The notes below the pieces were generated by a model. That model worked only from the letters and a program-made list of their open reading frames with translations. It was not told the origin of the DNA and did not search any database. DNA of 16,626 nucleotides from Vulcanimicrobiales bacterium (GTDB taxonomy: Bacteria > Vulcanimicrobiota > Vulcanimicrobiia > Vulcanimicrobiales > Vulcanimicrobiaceae): assembly GCA_038215615.1 (NCBI GenBank), contig JBBQQR010000033.1, positions 1 through 16,626 of the forward strand, read 5' to 3'. Shown one piece after another: positions 1-7,184 of this stretch; position 1 is the stretch's first letter, and every line of letters starts with the position of its first letter. A program made the position numbers and the translations under genes.

Positions 1-59
1 GCAAAATCGCGCGATGAACGCTTGGCAAACGGGATCGGTTCGGGGTAAACTTGTTTCAT
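1..59 (-). CDS. 5' end of a gene of unknown function, truncated by the window edge (MKQVYPEPIPFAKRSSRDF...)
   Basis: Minus-strand ATG at 59-57, strong SD TAAGGAG (73-67) with a 7-nt spacer, and a frame open to position 1. Too short to assign a product. Confidence 0.6.
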   Translation of the reverse strand, partial: MKQVYPEPIPFAKRSSRDF

Positions 60-100
60 GGCGTAACTCCTTAAGGTGTAAGTAATCTTGGAGTTACGCC
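60..100 (-). promoter_or_regulatory. Perfect 11-bp inverted repeat (stem-loop) overlapping the SD of the left-edge gene
   Basis: GGCGTAACTCC (60-70) and GGAGTTACGCC (90-100) are exact reverse complements separated by 19 nt. On the minus-strand RNA the 3' arm contains GGAG and ends at the AUG. The repeat is seen directly; its function is inferred. Confidence 0.55.
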
Positions 101-226
101 GCTTTTATTTTAAAGTCCCCGATTTTCGGGACGACCTCCGGCCGCATTCGCGATCGCCATTCCTGCAGAGGACCCTCGATCGAAACCTCGGAAGATTTAG
201 CAATGCACTTTACGGCAGCATAACAA

Positions 227-1096
227 ATGACATCTTCGGCCATGTGGCAACCAAGAATCTCGTTTATTGTTCCCACGTTGAATTCGGCAGCGCTGGTGGA
301 ACAGTGCTTGAGATCGCTATGTGCTATACCGTCGAGTGAGACGATAATCGTAGATAACCATAGCGTCGACGACACGCGCGAGATAGCCGAGAGAATGGGA
401 GCCCGCGTCTTTCGATGCGGGCCCGATCAGACAAAGAGGCGCGTTTTCGGCGCTCCCGCACAACGCAATTATGGGGCGGATCAAGCCCTGGCTCCGATCA
501 TCTATTTTGTCGACATCGACATGGTTGTCACGCCGCCGGTCGTTGACGAAGCCATTGCCTTGATCGAGTCGGGAGCCGATGCCGTGATCGTGGCCGAGGA
601 ATCGTTTGGTCTCGGCTTCTGGGCGAAGTGTAAGGCACTCGAGCGACGTTGTTATTGGGGCGACGACAACATCGAAGCGCCCCGACTCCTACGAAAATCC
701 GTTTTTGAAAAACTGGGAGGGCTCGCAACACATGTAGCAGCCGATGATTGGGACTTAGCGAATCGCCTGCGGCGCGGCGGCTATCGTGTTGCCAGAACAA
801 AAGGGTACGTAATGCACGACGAGGGGCGCCTAACACTCGGGCGCCTCGCCTTTAAGCGATACTTATACTGCCAGCAAATGCTATCTTACTTGCGCGAGAA
901 CGGCGTCAATTTTCAACAGGCCACCCCAGCCCGCCGCGCTTATGCGCGGAACTGGCGCATGTTGATGGCAAGTCCCAAAGTTGCGGCCGGCATGTTGGTC
1001 ATGCGAGCGGTGGAGTTTACGGCGGGAGCTGCCGGCTTATCGCTCGAGATCTGGCGGAATGCGCGCGCGCGCGTGGCCCGACGAACCGCCGAATGA
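227..1096 (+). CDS. Glycosyltransferase family 2 (GT-A fold)
   Basis: ISFIVPTLNS, IIVDNHSVD, QRNYGA, DxD motif FVDID, and DDWDL. ATGA overlap with the next gene. Alternative start ATG 242. Confidence 0.9.
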   Translation: MTSSAMWQPRISFIVPTLNSAALVEQCLRSLCAIPSSETIIVDNHSVDDTREIAERMGARVFRCGPDQTKRRVFGAPAQRNYGADQALAPIIYFVDIDMVVTPPVVDEAIALIESGADAVIVAEESFGLGFWAKCKALERRCYWGDDNIEAPRLLRKSVFEKLGGLATHVAADDWDLANRLRRGGYRVARTKGYVMHDEGRLTLGRLAFKRYLYCQQMLSYLRENGVNFQQATPARRAYARNWRMLMASPKVAAGMLVMRAVEFTAGAAGLSLEIWRNARARVARRTAE

Positions 1097-2022
1097 AGAA
1101 AGTCGCGGTAACAGGAGCTTCAGGATTTATCGGCGGCGCGCTCGCGGACGAACTTCATCGCCGCGGATACCGCGTCCGCGGCGGATCCTTTCAGCGAAAG
1201 CCTGCCGCCCCATACGAAATCGTGCAAACAGACCTTGCCGATTCGCGCGGCATCGACCGGCTTCTCGACGGATGCGACACCGTTTTCCACGCAGCCGCTC
1301 TGGTCGGCACCCTTGATTATAAACGCGAAAACCCGGCGACGATTGCATCCTCAAACGTCAGGTGTACGCTAAACGTTTTCGATTCGTGCGTCCGGTCCGG
1401 CGCGAGTCGGTGCGTACTTCTTTCATCGACGGAACTTTATTCCGGTGACGGCCCCTACGTCGAAGATTCCGGATTCCGCGGTCTGCCGGATTCCAGCAAC
1501 GACGGCTACGTTTGGAGCAAGCGCTTTTCCGAAATCGCTGCCGGGTTGTTTTCACGGCAGCACGGGATTGATTCGGCCGTTCTCCGGCTAGACAATATCT
1601 ACGGCCCCGGCGAGCAACGAGGCCGGGGGCCGCTCCGCGCAATTCCGGCGATGATAAAACGGGCGTTGGCGGGGGAGGATCTCACCGTTTGGGGTGATGG
1701 TTCACAGACCCGCTCGTTCCTTTTCATCGATGACGCTGTCGACGCATTGATAGTGAGCGGCACCGCGACGCCCAATGCGGGGCCCATCAACCTGTCCAGT
1801 CCGGAAACCATTTCGGTTTACGATTTAGCACAGCTCATCTTAAAGTTAACCGCGTCTCGCGCGCGCATCGTCCTCGACCCGGCGAGACCCAGCGGCCCCC
1901 CCGCCAGGATTATCAGCACGGAAAAGGCCCAAGCCGTCCTAGGTTTTCAACCGAAAATCGATCTGCGAGAAGGCATCACCCGGTGCATCGCGTCGTTCAG
2001 GCAGGACACGCCGGCCACTTAA
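1093..2022 (+). CDS. NAD(P)-dependent NDP-sugar epimerase/dehydratase/reductase (extended SDR)
   Basis: VTGASGFIG Rossmann motif, VFHAAA, LSSTELY catalytic Ser, YVWSK (YxxxK), RLDNIYGP, and VWGDGSQTRSFLFIDD. Confidence 0.92.
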   Translation: MKKVAVTGASGFIGGALADELHRRGYRVRGGSFQRKPAAPYEIVQTDLADSRGIDRLLDGCDTVFHAAALVGTLDYKRENPATIASSNVRCTLNVFDSCVRSGASRCVLLSSTELYSGDGPYVEDSGFRGLPDSSNDGYVWSKRFSEIAAGLFSRQHGIDSAVLRLDNIYGPGEQRGRGPLRAIPAMIKRALAGEDLTVWGDGSQTRSFLFIDDAVDALIVSGTATPNAGPINLSSPETISVYDLAQLILKLTASRARIVLDPARPSGPPARIISTEKAQAVLGFQPKIDLREGITRCIASFRQDTPAT

Positions 2023-4350
2023 AGCCACTGAAGCGGCGGGCTTGAAACCCCATTTCCCAACAATTCGGCGAAGAGGTTTACGGTAATCGTGATACGCCAT
2101 GAGTGTGGCAGCCAGTAGGATGAACGCATATGCTGCGACTTGCTCGGCCGCAGTGGTTTCGACTAACACGAGGTAACCGCCCCGCTCCCTGGCTGAAGGT
2201 AGTAGCCAACCATTGGCTATCGTGTCGAACCGAAAATGGGGGAGGGGCCTTAGCTGCGTATACGCCGCCCAGCCCGTCGTGAACCGAACGTTATAGCGGA
2301 TCGTTTTCCACCGCCGGTCGGGTAACTGTGCCACAAGCAGCCATGGGAAAATCCGCTTAAACGGTAACGTGCGTATGGATTGAACAGGCACGGGCTCCAA
2401 TGGAAGATTCGGCGGTGGCCGCCCCTGCAAAGCCACGAGGCAACGGCCTCTGCATCGGACTGAATCTACGCCCGGCGGGAGCGCCGCCCATTGAAATCGT
2501 CGTGCGACAATTCCGGCAATTTTGCGGCCGCTCGCAGTCAGTAGTTTGCCATCGACGTTCACCAAGAGAAAAGGACCTTTGACGGAGAGCGCTTTGCCCG
2601 GGGCTTCCGTATAAGCACCTCCGTGCGCTTGAGCCAGCTCCGGGTATCGCGTAAAGATAAGTCTCGCATCGATCCACCCTGCGCGTTCGTTGGTTGTGTC
2701 GATAGGCGCGGACACGCTGTTCGCAAACGAGCCTGCAAGAATCGCCAGCGGGAGTTGGTCGCGCATGTCGGACGTCACGTCGGCAAAGAAGATTCCGTCA
2801 GCTGCGAGACTGCGATTCAGCGTTCCCAAGTTGGGCGTGCCACTCATGGACATTTCGGGAAACGCAATCGGATGGTATCGCGCGAGCTTCTTGCCAATTC
2901 GCAAGCGGCCGGCTACCGCCGCTTGGAAAGGGGCAGGCGCATAATGCGGCCGCACGATGATCTGGGACACGCTCAGCGCCGCAAGCTCGGAAGAGTCCCC
3001 GTTTTTTTGAAACGTTGCCAGCGCCCGCTCGACAGGATAGGTCGGAAAGGTTTCGTTGACCGGATATTGGTCGCCACCGCGCGGAAATGCGTCGGGATCT
3101 ATACCCGAGCCGCGACCCTCAAAGGAGAGCGGCTGAAACGCAGGTATAAGGGCGAACCGCGAGTGAGGTTCAGGCTGAACCGCAACATGCGGAACGTTGC
3201 CGAGGCCGGTCCAAAAAGCGCGCGGAGGATGCGCGATCCAAATCGCCATCATCGTCGCTGCGCTGGCCACCACCAGGCTCTTCGACCACCACCGCGGCCG
3301 CGGCTCGAGCGCACACAAAACGATATAGCCAGCCAGTACAAAACCGAGCACGTCGTACAGCTCGCGATATAGGCTGAATTCCGGAAGCGCCGAAAACAGT
3401 GCGCTTAGCGGCTCCTTCAGCGGCCCCTTCAGACCCTGCGACAGTAAGACGAGAACTAGCGTGCCGCCCGAAACCAGCAGCATTGGCAGAGCTCGGCGGT
3501 TGCGGATAACAATACCGAAGGTCCCCAACAGCAAAAGTACCATGGCGCCCGTGAAGATCGATGCCACGGGTTTCGTATAGCCGGCAAAATAACCGAGCAA
3601 GAACACCGCTTGGTTCGGCTCGACGGACAGATTATAAAGCCAAGGCAACGTATGCACGGTCCCAAGAAGAGTTCCTCGATTTCCGAGAATATTTATAAGA
3701 ACGGGCAAAGCGCACAGCGGCGGAGCGATCAGCAGCATATATCGACGGCGGACAATAGCCGCAACCGCCACATAAATGCATGCAACGAGAAAAAACTGCA
3801 GTTGGGGAATGAGCAGCGCGAGCAGAATCGTCGTCTGCGTTAGATTGATCGTCGAGGCAGCCGTTCGAATAAAAAGCAAGAGCGTCATCGCAAGAGCGAA
3901 GACCATGAAGGCGTGGCCCGCCACAATCTCCGTGTAAGTCCAAGGGTTGAATAGGAACACGGCACAGAGCGCGCTTCGCAGCGTCGCCGATTCGACGCCC
4001 AGCGACGTCACTGCATCGCGGACTGCCCAGAGGCAAACGCCGGCGATCAGCAGCATGTAGAGAACAAAGCTCAGCGACGCATTGCCGATCGGACCGGACG
4101 CGAGCAGGGCCGCTGCGAATGGAACGTTCGGTTGATACAGGGTTAGCGTCCCGAAGCCGGACGAAAGCCACGGGCTCGTCGTCTGTTCGAGAAGAGCGGC
4201 TAGTCCCTCGCGCCCGGGCCACCACTGCCAATCGTGTCGCAACACCGGCGCAGAAAACCCGCATGCAACGAGAAAGAGACACAACATCCCGCCGAGGCAG
4301 GCAAGTTCGGCGACGGACCTCTTACGCCCGGGTGCCGTAATGAAATGCAT
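1939..4350 (-). CDS. Polytopic membrane protein, putative GT-C glycosyltransferase (AftD/DUF3367- or YfhO-like architecture)
   Basis: About 11-12 hydrophobic segments in the N-terminal ~380 aa, with first-loop LRHDW, FLFNPW and SLYRELYD. Then a soluble domain (LAALSVSQIIVR), the C-terminal motifs RFTTGWAA and HFRFDTIANGWLL, and a final TM. Start chosen as ATG 4350 (ORF track uses TTG 4365). Confidence 0.72.
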   Translation of the reverse strand: MHFITAPGRKRSVAELACLGGMLCLFLVACGFSAPVLRHDWQWWPGREGLAALLEQTTSPWLSSGFGTLTLYQPNVPFAAALLASGPIGNASLSFVLYMLLIAGVCLWAVRDAVTSLGVESATLRSALCAVFLFNPWTYTEIVAGHAFMVFALAMTLLLFIRTAASTINLTQTTILLALLIPQLQFFLVACIYVAVAAIVRRRYMLLIAPPLCALPVLINILGNRGTLLGTVHTLPWLYNLSVEPNQAVFLLGYFAGYTKPVASIFTGAMVLLLLGTFGIVIRNRRALPMLLVSGGTLVLVLLSQGLKGPLKEPLSALFSALPEFSLYRELYDVLGFVLAGYIVLCALEPRPRWWSKSLVVASAATMMAIWIAHPPRAFWTGLGNVPHVAVQPEPHSRFALIPAFQPLSFEGRGSGIDPDAFPRGGDQYPVNETFPTYPVERALATFQKNGDSSELAALSVSQIIVRPHYAPAPFQAAVAGRLRIGKKLARYHPIAFPEMSMSGTPNLGTLNRSLAADGIFFADVTSDMRDQLPLAILAGSFANSVSAPIDTTNERAGWIDARLIFTRYPELAQAHGGAYTEAPGKALSVKGPFLLVNVDGKLLTASGRKIAGIVARRFQWAALPPGVDSVRCRGRCLVALQGRPPPNLPLEPVPVQSIRTLPFKRIFPWLLVAQLPDRRWKTIRYNVRFTTGWAAYTQLRPLPHFRFDTIANGWLLPSARERGGYLVLVETTAAEQVAAYAFILLAATLMAYHDYRKPLRRIVGKWGFKPAASVALSGRRVLPERRDAPGDAFSQIDFRLKT

Positions 4351-5356
4351 GGCGGAGGAATCCAAACAGGCTGAGCTTCGTTCCGACGTCCTTCATGAGT
4401 TTGGAATCCGAGATCACGCGCATCGCCTGAACGGAGGCTCGCCACCGCTGCGTCTGCCGGAACCGTTTTATGTTCCATCCAACCGCGCGCACCACGGCCG
4501 CCGCGTTTGCAAAGCGTCCGCGCAAAACGTAGAAGAGCACAGCTCCACACAGAACGGCCGCGTGCGCAGGCAAAGCCGCCAGGAGCGTCGGCATTTCAAA
4601 ATGGGATAAGCTCGTGGCGAGCCGGTTCTTGAACACATTGTAATCCAAGAACGCGCTCGGCAACCGCAGCGTGGTTTTTCCTAGACCGTGCAATGCACGC
4701 GCCCCCGGCAGGTAGACTGACTCGTAACCGAGCAGCCAGAGTCTCCAGCATAATTCGGTTTCCTCGAAATACGCGAAATAATCTTCGATCAGAAAACCGT
4801 AGCGGCGCACGAGGTCAACGCGCACGAGCGCACAGGCTCCCTTTACAGTGAAAACGCGCACCGGATCGGACTCCGCGGGGTTGTCGATGCCGCGCCACCC
4901 CATATATTGGACGTAGCCGAATGGAAGCAGATGCGTTATGGCTGAATCGAGACGATCGGGTTCGTCGGTCAGCAACAACTTGGGGCCGACGACGCCAACG
5001 TCCGGGTGCTCGTCCAAAAATCCAACCATCAACTGCAGGCAGCCGGGGAGAAGTTCCGCGTCATTATTGAGCATCAATAAATACTCTCCACGCGCAGCTT
5101 CTAAGCCTTGATTGTTTGCGCCGGTAAATCCCCTGCCGGATTCGTTCCTGATCAGCCGGATGTGCGGAAACCGGTCCTTGAGCAATGGGCCGGAGCCGTC
5201 ACGCGACGCATCGTCCACGACGATGGTTTCGACCGCCAGCGAATCCTTCGTTCGTTCGACGGACTCAATGGCTTTGGCGGTAAGCGCTCCACCGTCAAAC
5301 GACAGACTCGGTATAACGATGCTGACCCGAGGAGTCGCGCCCTCTCGATCGCTCAA
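4322..5356 (-). CDS. Glycosyltransferase family 2 (WbbL/rhamnosyltransferase-like subgroup)
   Basis: VSIVIPS, IVVDDASRDGS, GFTGANNQG, YLLMLNNDA, GACALVR, YFAYFEETELCWR, and a hydrophobic C-terminal segment. Probable start TTG 5356 just after the upstream stop at 5370 (ORF track extends to 5416). Confidence 0.88.
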   Translation of the reverse strand: MSDREGATPRVSIVIPSLSFDGGALTAKAIESVERTKDSLAVETIVVDDASRDGSGPLLKDRFPHIRLIRNESGRGFTGANNQGLEAARGEYLLMLNNDAELLPGCLQLMVGFLDEHPDVGVVGPKLLLTDEPDRLDSAITHLLPFGYVQYMGWRGIDNPAESDPVRVFTVKGACALVRVDLVRRYGFLIEDYFAYFEETELCWRLWLLGYESVYLPGARALHGLGKTTLRLPSAFLDYNVFKNRLATSLSHFEMPTLLAALPAHAAVLCGAVLFYVLRGRFANAAAVVRAVGWNIKRFRQTQRWRASVQAMRVISDSKLMKDVGTKLSLFGFLRHAFHYGTRA

Positions 5357-5369
5357 GCGGAAACCACAG

Positions 5370-7184
5370 TCAGCAGTTTTGGGTTGAATACAACCACGTA
5401 CCCGAGACCGACGCATCGATAAGCCGGAGGTCTTGGAACGACGTCCGGTCCGGAACGTTAACGACGTCGCCCGTTTCGCTGACCGCGTTATCGTCGAAGT
5501 GCGCGATCACGTACTTGGCATCAACCGCATTGACGAGAGCCCGAACTTGCGGCGCCGACAGGTTCGCGCCGCGCAAGGCGGGATCGAAGACGGCGTGCTC
5601 GTGCCGGGCGTTGAGCGCCGCAGACGTGTAAAGATGATCTTGCACCGAATCCGAAACCGGAATCGGAAAGTCCGCGACGCGCCCCGCGGGACATTTCGCC
5701 AAGTGTTGGTAAGCCAGCGATTCATCGATCGCCACTTCGCGCCGATCGGGTCCCGGGATTGCAGCCGCCGACAACAGGCTCAGCGCAAACACGACGGCCA
5801 CGGCAAGGAGGCTGCGCCGCCAAAGCTCGCGCATGCAGTAGATCGCCAACATGCCGGTTCCAAACAATCCCGCGGCGACGAGCGGTGCCAGCGCATACGC
5901 CGGGAACAGGCTTCGCGCAACTTCACCGACTATGCCCGTAAGCAGAGTAGCGCCGACCAGGAGCCCGGCGACAAGAAAACAGCCGGCCGTAACGGCGCAC
6001 ATGTGGCGTTGCGCCCGCACGGATGCCCCCAGCACCACGATCAACGCGATCGCAACGGCTGCCGGAACACCCAGTCCTAACAGCCAGTGATCGACGACCT
6101 GCGGACCCGCTGCGAACGTCTGAATGACAAAGCCGACAAAAGCGGGGACTGCGAATGTCAGGCCACGGTCATACCGTAGACGTTCCCGCCTCGCCACACG
6201 GAAGATTGCCAGCACGGCGAGCAACAACCAGCTGTATGGGTTCAGCACGGCGATCGCGAGCAAAGCGATCCAGGAAAGCCGAGTTCCCCGCTCGTCGCGC
6301 ATCGCAAAAGTGAAAATCAGCGGCACCGCCCAAAGGGGAAGCAGCGCAAACTGGACCTCGCCCAGAGTCCACCAGCCGAAAGCAAACATGGCGGCGACCG
6401 CGGCCGCTTCCGACTTCCGCAGCCCGTTGGATCGGGCGGCAAAAAATGCGCTGAACAGCGCGAGGAAAGTCTCCAGATAGACGTCGATTCGCCATTTTCC
6501 GACGACTCCGCAACATCCGGAGAACACGCGCTCGAACGCATCGAAGGTATCGAGGTGCAGCCAACTCGTTTGTTGTAAAGCAACCCACGTTCGGGTGAGC
6601 GACGGAAGCGCAGACCACGGGCCGTATATCGCAGGACCGACGGATCCCGAAAACAGCGCAAGCAGCCCGATCAAACCCACAATCACCGCGAGCGTCATCG
6701 GTGCGGCCCGGTAAGGCAGTGCGAGCTTCTCTCGCACACGGCCGGCAAGGGCGCCCGTTGCATGAAGACGCGGCTTCCACGCGACCTCGCCCCCTCGCGC
6801 AACGTAGAGAATCAACATCACGAACCCCAGACCGCCCCATATCTCCAGGCCGGAAGAACTTCCGGCCCACGAGCTGACTCCGGCGCCGATCCAGGCGACG
6901 ACAAAAAGGTGCCAAAACGGCGACTCGCGCGCGGGTGCGTACACCAGCAACACGACGGTCGCGACCATCGCGAAAGCGATCGCAAAAAGAACGTTCTGCA
7001 GCAGCCAAGGCAAATTGAGAAATGCGGTCAGGCCGCCCAACGCCGCCGCGGCGGCCGCGCCGGCCCCAGCGAACCACGCTGCCCGCTTTGGTGAAATACG
7101 CGCGAACCGCGCGATGACAATGCGGACTCTCGCACGCGCGAGAGCGAGCCCGAGCGACGTGCCCGAGCGCAGCGCTGCAATCAT
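5370..7184 (-). CDS. Polytopic membrane protein, divergent GT-C/YfhO-like
   Basis: Many TM segments over ~480 aa, then a soluble tail with RVADFP and VNAVDAKYVIAH, resembling the L..LGV.YVV.H element of YfhO/GT-C-like proteins. ATG 7184 forms an ATGA overlap with the upstream stop at 7181-7183. Confidence 0.62.
   Translation of the reverse strand: MIAALRSGTSLGLALARARVRIVIARFARISPKRAAWFAGAGAAAAAALGGLTAFLNLPWLLQNVLFAIAFAMVATVVLLVYAPARESPFWHLFVVAWIGAGVSSWAGSSSGLEIWGGLGFVMLILYVARGGEVAWKPRLHATGALAGRVREKLALPYRAAPMTLAVIVGLIGLLALFSGSVGPAIYGPWSALPSLTRTWVALQQTSWLHLDTFDAFERVFSGCCGVVGKWRIDVYLETFLALFSAFFAARSNGLRKSEAAAVAAMFAFGWWTLGEVQFALLPLWAVPLIFTFAMRDERGTRLSWIALLAIAVLNPYSWLLLAVLAIFRVARRERLRYDRGLTFAVPAFVGFVIQTFAAGPQVVDHWLLGLGVPAAVAIALIVVLGASVRAQRHMCAVTAGCFLVAGLLVGATLLTGIVGEVARSLFPAYALAPLVAAGLFGTGMLAIYCMRELWRRSLLAVAVVFALSLLSAAAIPGPDRREVAIDESLAYQHLAKCPAGRVADFPIPVSDSVQDHLYTSAALNARHEHAVFDPALRGANLSAPQVRALVNAVDAKYVIAHFDDNAVSETGDVVNVPDRTSFQDLRLIDASVSGTWLYSTQNC

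Noticed and set aside
88..375. Short ORFs 88-339 (+) and 94-375 (-)
   Set aside because: They overlap the GT2 start and the divergent intergenic region, with no recognisable motif or convincing SD.
1061..1073. (GC)6 dinucleotide run near the 3' end of the GT2 as a phase-variation tract
   Set aside because: It is short, plausible by chance in CG-rich DNA (encodes ARAR), and too near the C-terminus to switch the enzyme off.
2913..2920. GGCGGTAG (ops-like) on the minus strand
   Set aside because: It lies deep inside the last gene of the operon rather than in a leader, and is likely chance.
1896..3008. Homopolymers C7 (1896-1902) and T7 (3002-3008) as slippage sites
   Set aside because: Both are below typical contingency-locus length and both frames are intact.
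2623..3372. 249-aa plus-strand ORF, and similar long alternative ORFs (3632-4282, 5433-6080, 6169-7077, 8522-9208, 14454-15002, 15173-15772)
   Set aside because: They lie within or antisense to well-supported genes, are Arg/Ala/Gly-rich with no motifs, and are typical shadow ORFs of GC-rich DNA.
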